64,000 nucleotides of DNA from a virus. Taxonomy: Duplodnaviria > Caudoviricetes. The position numbers and the translations under genes are program-made. The stretch's first letter is position 1; each line of letters opens with the position of its first letter. Shown here in pieces: positions 19,560 through 29,371 of the stretch. The notes under the pieces were generated by a model. It worked only from the letters and a program-made list of their open reading frames with translations, did not search any database and had not been told where the DNA came from. The stretch is taken from IMG/VR virus record IMGVR_UViG_3300043464_002149, one strand, 5' to 3'.

Positions 19560-20212
19560 ATTAACGTTTTTTTATTCCCATCCAATAAATTAATATTCCC
19601 TGCTACCGATATTCTTTCAACCCCATCACTAAAAAATGGTGAAACATAGTGAGTTAAGTATGATGGAAAAATAAACATTTCTCCGTTTGATGGTAAATGT
19701 GATATTTGTGTTATTGGTGAGATAAAAGAATTAACAATATTAATAAATTGATTATTATTTAGTTCATTTTTTTTTATATTTTGACCATACATAAAAGATA
19801 TACTACCATTTTTAAACCCCCTCTCAATGCTTGGCTCCGATTTAATTTTTTCAGGTATGTCTACATATATAACAAATGAAATGTCTGAGGAATGAAAATG
19901 TGGTGAGTTAAAATCTTTAGTTTTTTGAAAATTGATCCATAAATCTTCAAGATGATATTTGAAATTGTAATTTGGTTGTTTTCTGTGTTTCCCAATTTCA
20001 TTAATATAATTCTCAATAAATACAAAAATTCTATCCTTAAAATAGGAAACATTTTCTGAACTATACTTAAATGAGGAATTAAAAGATATTGATTTTATTT
20101 TTTCATTAATTAGTTGTTCATTTTTACCAACCAATAATAGTTCTTCACATAATTGCATATCGACATTAACGCTCATCAATTCTGGACCAAAATTATACTT
20201 TTTAAATTCCAT
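19556..20212 (-). CDS. 2OG-Fe(II) oxygenase-like protein (TIGR02466-like)
   Basis: WINFQ...NSPHFH...SFVIYV...GEMFIFPSYLTHYV...RISVAGN. Confidence 0.8.
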   Translation of the reverse strand: MEFKKYNFGPELMSVNVDMQLCEELLLVGKNEQLINEKIKSISFNSSFKYSSENVSYFKDRIFVFIENYINEIGKHRKQPNYNFKYHLEDLWINFQKTKDFNSPHFHSSDISFVIYVDIPEKIKSEPSIERGFKNGSISFMYGQNIKKNELNNNQFINIVNSFISPITQISHLPSNGEMFIFPSYLTHYVSPFFSDGVERISVAGNINLLDGNKKTLI

Positions 20213-20772
20213 TATATTAATGTTTTTTTATGATTTTCAATCTTCTTTAATTTTAACCAACTAACTAACGAATATCTAGTACCCGATTCTATTGGCATTA
20301 CTCTATGAAAGACGTTCGACGGGAAAATATATAAATTACCGGCACCAAATTCCATTTTAGTTTGTTTATTATTTATTATCAATTCAAAATCACCCCCAGT
20401 GTAATTTTCATTTAATTGGATTACAATAGTATAGAATCTATCCTTAAATATTGTGTCATTAGAGTCTATGTGCCAATCAAAATAATCTCCCACATTATAT
20501 TTTGTAAATTGAAATGTTTCAATAGAGGGTTCAAAACCTTTTATTTTAACTTTTTCCATTACTTTTGAAAGCGTTATATTATTAATATGTCCTAGGTCAT
20601 CAATAAATGCAACCTTTGATTTTCGAGTTTCTTTTTTATTTAATTTAATAAGCTCAATTTCGGAATATGTTTCAGCGTCTAACAAATCAAGTTCATCTAA
20701 ACATTTTTTTATTATCGCCCCACATTCTTCTTTAGGTAAAAATTCAGTAATGGTGTATATATTATTGATCAT
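20212..20772 (-). CDS. Prolyl-4-hydroxylase-like 2OG-Fe(II) oxygenase
   Basis: QFTKY...WHID...YTGGDF...FPSNVFHRV...GTRYSLVSW. Confidence 0.85.
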   Translation of the reverse strand: MINNIYTITEFLPKEECGAIIKKCLDELDLLDAETYSEIELIKLNKKETRKSKVAFIDDLGHINNITLSKVMEKVKIKGFEPSIETFQFTKYNVGDYFDWHIDSNDTIFKDRFYTIVIQLNENYTGGDFELIINNKQTKMEFGAGNLYIFPSNVFHRVMPIESGTRYSLVSWLKLKKIENHKKTLI

Positions 20773-20773
20773 T

Positions 20774-20980
20774 TTATTTTTTTAACCCGAATTTTATCCA
20801 TTTATACCAAACCCTTTCATGTAAAAAATATATAATTGGTTTTAATACAAGTTCACCTAAACCAACCATACCAGCCCACTTTAATGGTAGTCCAGCAGAT
20901 ACTGTTAAGATTATTGTAGTTAAAGTACCTACAAATCTGTAACTAATACTTTTAGCTATGTGTCGTTTTACCTGTGGCAT
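20774..20980 (-). CDS. DUF2061-like small membrane protein
   Basis: KSISYRFVGT...YFLHERVW signature. Confidence 0.8.
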   Translation of the reverse strand: MPQVKRHIAKSISYRFVGTLTTIILTVSAGLPLKWAGMVGLGELVLKPIIYFLHERVWYKWIKFGLKK

Positions 20981-21317
20981 CTATTTCTCCTTTTCTAATT
21001 TTAGTTCCGCTTATTTCAGCAATTTCTGTAGGTGGTTCGTGGTATATTACTTCATACCCAACACCCCTACCATAATTAACAGATTCAATATCTGGGATAA
21101 TAGATATCATGATCTTATCCCAATTATTTTGAAAGAATGGTTCGTTTTGTAACATGAATAACACTTCTTGTGCTGTTTTGGGGTTATTTTCATCAACTTG
21201 CACATCTCTAATTGCTACCCAAACGTTTTTCCCTTTGTTTAATTGTTGGTTAATCAACCATTCGTGTCCAGCATGCCAATTTTGCCATCTCCCAATGTAA
21301 ATTGCATATTTTTTCAT
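20952..21317 (-). CDS. HxGH nucleotidyltransferase (cytidylyltransferase/ATP-sulfurylase superfamily)
   Basis: GRWQNWHAGH and ISGTKIR (HIGH/KMSKS-like) motifs. Confidence 0.75.
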   Translation of the reverse strand: MKKYAIYIGRWQNWHAGHEWLINQQLNKGKNVWVAIRDVQVDENNPKTAQEVLFMLQNEPFFQNNWDKIMISIIPDIESVNYGRGVGYEVIYHEPPTEIAEISGTKIRKGEIDATGKTTHS

Positions 21318-21748
21318 GGTAATATAATATTAAGTAATTTATTAGTGGTTTCTTCTATTGTTTGATTTGTGGTATCTAGATCCAAATAATTTTCAGTAGG
21401 TGGATCATAGTCATTAACTGCAAAATGTTCTCTACCTCTAATTTCGGTGGTGTAAACATAAATTTCTGTAACCTGATTTTCAGATTTAAAGTTTTCTCTT
21501 TGATCTTTATAGGGAGAAACTAATGAAACAACAACCGAATACCCCTTGATACTCAAGAACTTAGCAATATCCTGTGCTCTTTCGATGTTTTTACGCCTAC
21601 CTGCTTCGGAATAATCTTTATTTTTAAAAATATCACGTAGATCATCACCGTCAATATGAACGGTAGTTTCAGCTGGAAGATGTTTTATTAATTCTAGCGC
21701 TAAGGTTGTTTTCCCTGATCCGGGTTGACCTGTAAACCAATATATCAT
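21314..21748 (-). CDS. cysC: Adenylyl-sulfate (APS) kinase
   Basis: WFTGQPGSGKTT P-loop, IDGDDLR, RRKNIER, VSLVSPY, YDPP. Confidence 0.9.
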   Translation of the reverse strand: MIYWFTGQPGSGKTTLALELIKHLPAETTVHIDGDDLRDIFKNKDYSEAGRRKNIERAQDIAKFLSIKGYSVVVSLVSPYKDQRENFKSENQVTEIYVYTTEIRGREHFAVNDYDPPTENYLDLDTTNQTIEETTNKLLNIILP

Positions 21749-21751
21749 ACA

Positions 21752-21775
21752 TATAATATAATGGTTTTTTTTGAA
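21752..21775 (-). promoter_or_regulatory. Putative promoter upstream of cysC
   Basis: TTCAAAAAAAACCATTATATTATA is nearly identical to TTCAAAAAAAATTACTTATATTATA at about 4427-4451. Confidence 0.45.
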
Positions 21776-21784
21776 AAAACAAAA

Positions 21785-22930
21785 TTAAATCATACCTCTA
21801 TTATAGAACCTAAAACCAGTTACCTTTTCATATAATTTTTCACCCGGAGATAGGTTTGGTAACCCCAAATTCAAATCTTGGTTTTTAATTATAAAATGTT
21901 CATTGATTTTATATAACCAATCAACACCAAAATTATGTGCTATTTGACCAATAACAAGACATTGAATTATTGGTGACCATTTGTGATGACTTAAATGCCA
22001 TATACCGCCAAAATCATGATTAAAAAAGTCTTTTAAGCCATATAAACTTTCTATTGTATGCTCATTTCTTCTTAGATCTACACCACCACAACAATCACAA
22101 GTGAAATTTTTATCTAAATGGTTTTTAAAAGTTAATGGAAATGTAAAATCGTTTTCAAGATAGGTGCCACTTTTACGTTCTTGTAATATCTGGAAAAACC
22201 ACTTATCACATAAAAACGCTTCGTTATTTTTAATGCTATTATAATAATCATCACTTATCTCCATCAAATTTAGATGTATCATAAGTTGTTCCACATAGCA
22301 AGCCCCATAACCTTTATCATAGGAATCTATTTTTTCTTTGTTCTTATAATAATGATCTAATGATCTTTCGGTAGCTTCAGCGAATAATTCATAATCATTA
22401 ACACATAATAAATTCATATTAGGTACTTCCCCCACAAAGAAATTTTTAATTTTATTTTCACTGTGTTGATCTTTAAAATCATTAAATGGAAACCCATATG
22501 CATTCATTGAGCTAATTAAATAGTCATTGAATCCTTTTGGGGTTGTGTTTGGGCCCAGATCTGGAAAGTCCTTATGTGCATAAATGACTGGTAGATCAGA
22601 TTTGAAATCTATTTTTTTAGTTAACATTGTATCAATATCAATATGTAAAAATCTTTCAGACATCGCTTTAAAGACTTTCATTTTAACAACACTAAACGTA
22701 TTTACATCTGTTTTTGATAAAACATCAACATCAATGTTCTCATATGGTATCCCAATTTCTTGAATTTGTTTGGCTATAGTTTCATTGGTATATAATGAAA
22801 TCTTCCCGTAGTTCTTATTTGTAAAAAGAGTACTTAAGACCTGTGAATATATCATTTCTTTCCATATGATTTGAGTATATGGTATATCCAAATTAAAATT
22901 GCTTGGTATGTAGCTATGGACAATCTTCAT
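21785..22930 (-). CDS. DUF6734-like DxD protein (putative glycosyl/nucleotidyl transferase)
   Basis: LYTN, FLHIDIDT DxD motif, CYVEQ; related to the next ORF. Confidence 0.5.
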   Translation of the reverse strand: MKIVHSYIPSNFNLDIPYTQIIWKEMIYSQVLSTLFTNKNYGKISLYTNETIAKQIQEIGIPYENIDVDVLSKTDVNTFSVVKMKVFKAMSERFLHIDIDTMLTKKIDFKSDLPVIYAHKDFPDLGPNTTPKGFNDYLISSMNAYGFPFNDFKDQHSENKIKNFFVGEVPNMNLLCVNDYELFAEATERSLDHYYKNKEKIDSYDKGYGACYVEQLMIHLNLMEISDDYYNSIKNNEAFLCDKWFFQILQERKSGTYLENDFTFPLTFKNHLDKNFTCDCCGGVDLRRNEHTIESLYGLKDFFNHDFGGIWHLSHHKWSPIIQCLVIGQIAHNFGVDWLYKINEHFIIKNQDLNLGLPNLSPGEKLYEKVTGFRFYNRGMI

Positions 22931-23871
22931 TAAATTATTTTCTTATTAAATTTACCAATTTCTTTTTTATATTCATCAACCCTATATTTTCTATATTCTT
23001 CGTTAAGTTTTAATGCGTGTTTATTAAACCATACATGTTCATAATTTAAATTTTCAACGTGGTCTATTCTGTTGGGGTCTTTCAACCAAAATAAAGCTTT
23101 ACCTGGTGCTGGTGCATCACCTATAGTGTGTGATTCAGAATATGACATATATATATTATTCTCAATACTCTCCACTTTAGCGTTTAACTTTCTAATAGCA
23201 TAACCTAGTATTCCTTGATCTGCAATTAACCATAACCATTCTGGAATATACTCATATTCTCTTGTGATTATATCTAAATGTCTTCTTAAATAATCGTCCC
23301 TTAATGACTCACTATTCATAAAAATAAATGATGTATTTGGTATAAACATGTTTTGATTAAAATCTTCAATTCCACCAATTCTATTAATTTGATTTTCAAA
23401 AACAAAAAACTCGCCTCTTTGAATTTCCCATTGTGTATGAACCAAATCGTAATTCCACACCCAACTAGGCATTTCACTTCTAACAATGAAATCTAAATCT
23501 AGAAATAGATATGGTACTGGCTCTTTACCCATAACAATAGATTTACCGGTAGTCCAAAATCTACCCGGTTCAATGTATGAGTATTCTTTATTGAATGTTT
23601 CTAAAACATCCGTATCTACTTCATCCCATAATCCCAACATTCCTTTTTTCTTATAAAATTCATACCCAACATTATCAGTGTATAATTTTGTTACCCCTAC
23701 ATACTTTTTCGCGTTTCTTACTGCTAATTCCTGTATAACTAATTCATAATCAACAATATCATATTCATCGTCGGGTAAATCAAACATTTTCATTCTATTA
23801 TACCCTTGAGCATCATTCTTGTGAAAAAATGGTGCGGTCCAATTAACAAAGATTACTTTTAAATTATTCAT
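22930..23871 (-). CDS. DUF6734-like DxD protein (putative transferase)
   Basis: KLYTD, W..GK, PYLFLDLDF, ADQGIL. Confidence 0.5.
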   Translation of the reverse strand: MNNLKVIFVNWTAPFFHKNDAQGYNRMKMFDLPDDEYDIVDYELVIQELAVRNAKKYVGVTKLYTDNVGYEFYKKKGMLGLWDEVDTDVLETFNKEYSYIEPGRFWTTGKSIVMGKEPVPYLFLDLDFIVRSEMPSWVWNYDLVHTQWEIQRGEFFVFENQINRIGGIEDFNQNMFIPNTSFIFMNSESLRDDYLRRHLDIITREYEYIPEWLWLIADQGILGYAIRKLNAKVESIENNIYMSYSESHTIGDAPAPGKALFWLKDPNRIDHVENLNYEHVWFNKHALKLNEEYRKYRVDEYKKEIGKFNKKII

Positions 23872-24565
23872 GTATAAAATATAAGTCTTGTTTTAAATCA
23901 TTGGTTTTATATAAAGGTACCCCCGAATTTAAAATTGATATACCTATTATTAAACCCTCACCTCTACCTAATGGTTTGTTATTAAATTTAACATCATTAT
24001 TGTTTATTTCTTTTTTTAAACAATTAAAAATTTTAAAAAAGTCATTCAGCTTTTCATCTCTACTAATAACGAAAAATCTTTCACCAATTAATTTAGCATC
24101 GTTAATTTTTAAATTATTTTTTTTACAATGATTTTCAATATGATCAAAATAATCATCTTTAATGATGTTCTTAAATTCTTGATATATTAAAGGGATTTCT
24201 AACCAATCTTCAGTATAATAAATCCCTGGGTTAAATTTTGCTTCACAGAAGTTATCAATATTTAATGTGATATCAGAATCAATATATAATATCGTCTCAT
24301 ATTTTTTTAAAGCGATTTCACAAATCAATAATTTATCCGTATAAGATTTGTCTACTTCAGTATACAGGACAATGATAACATTTAAGTCCTTAAACTCTTC
24401 TGGACTGTCAGTTAAAACAAGAATATCTACTGGGTAAGATTTATAGGTCTTAATATTTTTAATCGCCAAATCAATATAATAATTGTCTTCTTCTTTTTCT
24501 ATTATACCATTTTTAACTAATGGAGATTTAAATACAAATAAACAAATAGCTTTATTCATAATCAA
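23864..24565 (-). CDS. Putative GT-A fold glycosyltransferase
   Basis: ILVLTDSP, YTDK, ILYIDSD DxD motif, GEG; paralogous to 41686..42429. Confidence 0.5.
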   Translation of the reverse strand: MIMNKAICLFVFKSPLVKNGIIEKEEDNYYIDLAIKNIKTYKSYPVDILVLTDSPEEFKDLNVIIVLYTEVDKSYTDKLLICEIALKKYETILYIDSDITLNIDNFCEAKFNPGIYYTEDWLEIPLIYQEFKNIIKDDYFDHIENHCKKNNLKINDAKLIGERFFVISRDEKLNDFFKIFNCLKKEINNNDVKFNNKPLGRGEGLIIGISILNSGVPLYKTNDLKQDLYFIHE

Positions 24566-25133
24566 TTTTATGGTTTTGTATTAATGTTAAGCTTTGCCCA
24601 ACCAAAACATCTCTTCGCCCATCTGTAACTGGTTTTATAAAATGTGGGTGTGTCAATCCACCTGGAAAGATAATAATATCACCCAATTCTAAATTATAAG
24701 AAATGTCTTGTCTTGGAAAACAAAGTTCGCCACCTTTAAAATTATTATTAAGTAAACCAACAAATGTTAAACCACTAAAATCCCAATGAACATTCTTTTC
24801 TGAAAAAATTGTATTGTCTCTATAATAATGTAATAAAAACATATCCCTCCATTTTGTTTTAACAAAATCTTTTATATTTTTTATTGTTTCGTGAGACGCG
24901 TTTAATCCAATACCATTTTCAATATCATAAATTTTTAGGTAGTCGTCTAAAAGCGGATATTCAATATTATTGAACCAAAAATCATTAATTTTATAAAATA
25001 AACTCATATCAATTTTATCTACATCAATCCTATCAATACCACCAATATTATCACGAACTAATAATAATTCATCAATAATAGATTTTGGTATTATAGATTT
25101 AAAAACGAAAATATCTGAATCTATTTTTATCAT
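24552..25133 (-). CDS. 2OG-Fe(II) oxygenase (lysyl/prolyl hydroxylase-like)
   Basis: HWD...NNNFKGGELCFP...GDIIIFPGGLTHPH...GRRDVLV. Confidence 0.8.
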   Translation of the reverse strand: MIKIDSDIFVFKSIIPKSIIDELLLVRDNIGGIDRIDVDKIDMSLFYKINDFWFNNIEYPLLDDYLKIYDIENGIGLNASHETIKNIKDFVKTKWRDMFLLHYYRDNTIFSEKNVHWDFSGLTFVGLLNNNFKGGELCFPRQDISYNLELGDIIIFPGGLTHPHFIKPVTDGRRDVLVGQSLTLIQNHKIDYE

Positions 25134-25844
25134 TTATATTTCAATATTAAAATTAATTACACATCTATGGGTTTTACCATAGAATGGTTTAACTGAATGT
25201 ATAATATCAGCCGGCCACATCATTAACATACCTTTTTTAGGTCTTATAAAGTGAGACATTCCTCTGATATGAAACGTAAAAACACCACTGTATGGATGAT
25301 CTGCGATTGGCTCACCATCTGATAAATAATATCCACCAACAAAACTTAAAGGTGCTGATTCATAAATAGACCACCTACAATGGTTGTGTTGATTATGTCC
25401 TCTTCCAGAAGTTGGCTCATAATATTGTATCCAACTTTCTGTCACCTTTGGGTTGTTGTTATGTTTAAAATTTAATAAATTTAAAAAATCAATAAAACCA
25501 TCTGTACATCGTTTCTTAATTAGTTTAACACATTCTTCTTCTCTATCTAAAAACTCATTTGTGGGCACAAGAAAACGACTACCTATTGGGTTGAATTCTG
25601 TCGGTTCAACCCATTTATCATGTTTACCATAATTTATTTCATATGTACTTTGTCTATCCTGATCATATTGTTCAGGTAATTCTTGCCCCATTAATTTTTG
25701 TTCGGGTGTTAACTCATTAAACCCTAAATTATAAACCAAATCATGTAAATCATGATCATCAAATTGTTTCATGTATACTGGTATGGGGGCTAAAAGATAT
25801 AGATTGTCTTGACCGCTTGGCCAAAGTGGATTGTGAAAATACAT
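25134..25844 (-). CDS. 2OG-Fe(II) oxygenase-like protein (TIGR02466-like)
   Basis: ESWIQYY...HNH...PKKGMLMMWPADIIHSV...RCVINFN. Confidence 0.7.
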   Translation of the reverse strand: MYFHNPLWPSGQDNLYLLAPIPVYMKQFDDHDLHDLVYNLGFNELTPEQKLMGQELPEQYDQDRQSTYEINYGKHDKWVEPTEFNPIGSRFLVPTNEFLDREEECVKLIKKRCTDGFIDFLNLLNFKHNNNPKVTESWIQYYEPTSGRGHNQHNHCRWSIYESAPLSFVGGYYLSDGEPIADHPYSGVFTFHIRGMSHFIRPKKGMLMMWPADIIHSVKPFYGKTHRCVINFNIEI

Positions 25845-27037
25845 TAGCTTAATTTTAAAATATTATATGTTATTGGGAATATATCTTTAAATTTTTGATC
25901 CCTAGATTCATCTAGTAAATTATTTATTTTAATAAATGAATTCCAGTCCTGTTCTGTTGATTCTTTACTATTAAGGTATTGCGTAATATTTGTAAATTGT
26001 TCTTTAATTTCTGGGCTTTTTACCGGTAAACTATTATAAGATTCATTAACATATTTTTCAATATCTATTTTTAAGTTTTCTGGAATATTGTTTATGCAAT
26101 AGTATTTTGGTTGTGATAAAAAGTTACAATGTATTCGAATATTATTCTCAATTGCAAATTCAGCGACTTCGTTAAAATCTAGGACATTCATAATTGAAAC
26201 TGTGTAACAAATATGAAACTTGAAATTTTTTAAATCTTTTGTTTTATCTAACCATAATAAAATATTATTTTTTACTTCATTCCAGTTTGCACCATATCTT
26301 AAATAATTAAATTTATCACCAACACCGTCTATACTAAATGAAATATCAGAAAGCTCAAAGTTTTTTAATATTTTAAAATATTCATCTTTAAAAATAGTAC
26401 CATTAGTGTTAAAATGAACATACTTATTTTTAGCAATACCAGTATATACACATTTTTCTAAAATGGACCATTGTTTTTTCATTAACATTGGTTCACCACC
26501 ATATAGATCAAGTATTTTTACTGATGATATATTTTTTTCAATTTCATCCCAAACCATACTGTCGTCAGCAAATGGTAAAGAACAAGATTTTGTAATCTGA
26601 TTTAGTTTTTCATCTGAAATATCTGGGTTTAGAACTGATTTATGTTCTTTTTTCCAGTTTGAAGATGAATATACATTACAAATTCTACAGGATAAATTAC
26701 ATATGTTACCCATGTTAAGTTCTAAAAAATGAATTTCGTTTTCTGATAAATTTAAATGTGAAATTCTTTGATTATCTCTCATCCTTTTACTTTCAACCCC
26801 AGAATCTTCTAAATCCCAACAGCCGTTACATTCGGGAGATTTAATTCCTTTTTTAAAATCTTCTTTTATTTTTTTTAATGTGGGAGATTGTTGTGCTTCT
26901 TGAAATGTGGTGTTTAAAACACTCATAACATTATCCCCATCATCTTTAAGATACACTTCACTTGCAATACAACATGGTGTAAACTTCCCGTCTGTTGTTA
27001 CTCTCAAACCATTAGTTATGTTTGCACACTTAATCAT
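25844..27037 (-). CDS. Radical SAM protein with N-terminal twitch/SPASM-like domain
   Basis: N-terminal C...PCC...CNGC, then CNLSCRIC and GGEP. Confidence 0.9.
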   Translation of the reverse strand: MIKCANITNGLRVTTDGKFTPCCIASEVYLKDDGDNVMSVLNTTFQEAQQSPTLKKIKEDFKKGIKSPECNGCWDLEDSGVESKRMRDNQRISHLNLSENEIHFLELNMGNICNLSCRICNVYSSSNWKKEHKSVLNPDISDEKLNQITKSCSLPFADDSMVWDEIEKNISSVKILDLYGGEPMLMKKQWSILEKCVYTGIAKNKYVHFNTNGTIFKDEYFKILKNFELSDISFSIDGVGDKFNYLRYGANWNEVKNNILLWLDKTKDLKNFKFHICYTVSIMNVLDFNEVAEFAIENNIRIHCNFLSQPKYYCINNIPENLKIDIEKYVNESYNSLPVKSPEIKEQFTNITQYLNSKESTEQDWNSFIKINNLLDESRDQKFKDIFPITYNILKLS

Positions 27038-27038
27038 A

Positions 27039-28061
27039 TTATATTGTTAAATTATGTCTTATTCTTTCAGTTTTTGGTAGCTGATTATATATTTCCAAGA
27101 GATTAGAATATTCAGGGTGGTTTGGATTACCAATATCTGTTTTTTCAAAATGTTCGGGGGTATATGTCCCCCAATTAACAACCCTATTATAAAAAACTGA
27201 CCAGTTCTTCTTTTTCATTGAGAATATATTTTTAACCATGTCATAGAATAACCCCATCTCTTTATAATTTTCATATTGAACAACAAAAGATAGTGTTATA
27301 TCGTGTAGATATGGTAAACTAGAAATGAAATCTAGGTTACTTTGTATATCTTCCCATTTACCTCCGATTCTAACTTTATTCTCATATGTTTCTTTAGTCG
27401 CTGAATCAACAGATATCTCACAACTACGCACGTATTTGTGAATGTTTTTCATTCTTGACCAGTTAGAATCATTCCATAATGTTCCGTTGGTGTGTAAATG
27501 TATCTTTTTAAGTTTTGGGTATTTGTTAAAATCGAAACCCATCATCCATTTTCTAAATGTTCTAGAAAAAAACGGGTCGCCAGATCCTGTACATTCAATA
27601 TGTTCTAAACCGTTACTTAATTCTTTTTCTATGTGCTGTATTAATTGTTCGGTCCTTTCTCTTTCTTCACCTTCATAATTAATAAATTTGGTTCTACACG
27701 ATGGGCACTTTAGGTTACAACTTTGATCAAAATTCATTTTGATACTGGTTGGAAGACCGGTATCGTATTTTTCTCTATTTTTTAAAAACTCATCTTTTTT
27801 AACAAAACCATGTGTTTTACCTTCTTTAAGACCGGTTAGTTTAGGACATCTTGATTCAATACAAAATTTATAGGAACCATCTAACATACTTTGTCTAACC
27901 TGTTCCGCAATATCTGATTTCCAATTAGTTTCAATAGACATTGGGTCACCCAAATTAACAGGTAACCAATTAGGACAACACATAAATGTTTTATGGTCAA
28001 ATAACTCTGAAAAGTTAAATGGTTGTGTACATACCCAATCTTTCTTATCTAATGGTATCAT
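27039..28061 (-). CDS. Radical SAM protein with N-terminal twitch/SPASM-like domain
   Basis: CTQPF...MCC...C...CP, then CNLKCPSC and GSGDPF. Confidence 0.9.
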   Translation of the reverse strand: MIPLDKKDWVCTQPFNFSELFDHKTFMCCPNWLPVNLGDPMSIETNWKSDIAEQVRQSMLDGSYKFCIESRCPKLTGLKEGKTHGFVKKDEFLKNREKYDTGLPTSIKMNFDQSCNLKCPSCRTKFINYEGEERERTEQLIQHIEKELSNGLEHIECTGSGDPFFSRTFRKWMMGFDFNKYPKLKKIHLHTNGTLWNDSNWSRMKNIHKYVRSCEISVDSATKETYENKVRIGGKWEDIQSNLDFISSLPYLHDITLSFVVQYENYKEMGLFYDMVKNIFSMKKKNWSVFYNRVVNWGTYTPEHFEKTDIGNPNHPEYSNLLEIYNQLPKTERIRHNLTI

Positions 28062-29371
28062 GTTAAACTTGGATAGCCTTTTTTCTCCATTAAAAATGTC
28101 TTATCATCAATTGTAGATTCAATCTCATCAAACCAATCTTTATACTGTGGATTTACTTCTAAAAATGACTCATTTCTTCTATTATCTAATATATATGTTG
28201 ATCTAAATAAGTGTCTTCTGGCATCTTGAATATCCCCTTCAAATGGTGTATACAAGTGTTTTTCCCAACCATCCTTTGCTTGTTTAACAATACTTCTAGT
28301 ATAACTGTCACCAATTGTTTCTATGTAGGTATTCAGTTTATTAATCAAACTAGTTTTTAAGTTATCTGGTAAAATTCTAATATCATACCACATCGGAGAT
28401 GTTAATAAATTATTTAAAGAAACCGTACTAGGGTTGACGCCAATACTTATAGCCATATCAATTAATTCATTGATGTGAAATATGTTTAAGATACTAATTG
28501 TGGGAGATATGTGGACTTCCATTCCTTTATCAACACAAGATTTAATGTTTTGATAAACCGCATTCCATTTTGTTCCATTTCTAACAACTTCAGCTAATTT
28601 ACCAACAGCATCTAAAGAAGCGAATAGAAAAATTCTACCTTTTGGATCTTTTAAGAAGTGATCCCATAAACCATGTAAATCCCATTTTTTAAAATGTATA
28701 TGGCTGAAATTTGTGTTGTATCTAATTCTAACATCAGTTCTACCTGCAGCTATTAATTTTTCCAAAATAATATAATGTTCATCCATTATAAGCGGCTCTC
28801 CACCAGCAAAATAAATTTCTTCAACCTCATTTATAAATTGATCAACATATTTGAATATATCTTCTTTACTATCAATATTAAAATTGATCACCCCGTTGTT
28901 ATTTACGTGAGTTCCAAATAGTGCAGCTTCATCATCATACCATTTACTACTGGAAAATATGCCACACATTCTACACTTAAAATTACACATATTGGACCAT
29001 CTGAAATCCCAATATTTTAGTACGAACTTATCATTATGCCCAGTTTCCTTATTTGTCTGGCTTATTAATTCATTAATACCATCATTGAAAAAATAGTTAT
29101 GTGTTTTTCTTGGGCTTAATAAACCGCTATCCTCAATTAAAAAACATCTTTCGCATAGTTTAGGTCTGTTACCGGATAACATATCTTTTCTAATGCTCAT
29201 CATCTGTTCATTGTTCCAGATTTCTTCTAATGTATTATCTTTAGTATTCCCTATAGGCATACCATATGGTGCCATACAGCAAGGGTATATGTCACCATTG
29301 GGTTGTATATTTAAATGTATCCAAGGTAGTACACAAAATGTGTTTGATATATTTTCTGAATTATTAATCAT
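28058..29371 (-). CDS. Radical SAM protein with N-terminal twitch/SPASM-like domain
   Basis: CVLPW...PCC...CERC, then CNFKCRMC and AGGEP. Confidence 0.9.
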   Translation of the reverse strand: MINNSENISNTFCVLPWIHLNIQPNGDIYPCCMAPYGMPIGNTKDNTLEEIWNNEQMMSIRKDMLSGNRPKLCERCFLIEDSGLLSPRKTHNYFFNDGINELISQTNKETGHNDKFVLKYWDFRWSNMCNFKCRMCGIFSSSKWYDDEAALFGTHVNNNGVINFNIDSKEDIFKYVDQFINEVEEIYFAGGEPLIMDEHYIILEKLIAAGRTDVRIRYNTNFSHIHFKKWDLHGLWDHFLKDPKGRIFLFASLDAVGKLAEVVRNGTKWNAVYQNIKSCVDKGMEVHISPTISILNIFHINELIDMAISIGVNPSTVSLNNLLTSPMWYDIRILPDNLKTSLINKLNTYIETIGDSYTRSIVKQAKDGWEKHLYTPFEGDIQDARRHLFRSTYILDNRRNESFLEVNPQYKDWFDEIESTIDDKTFLMEKKGYPSLT

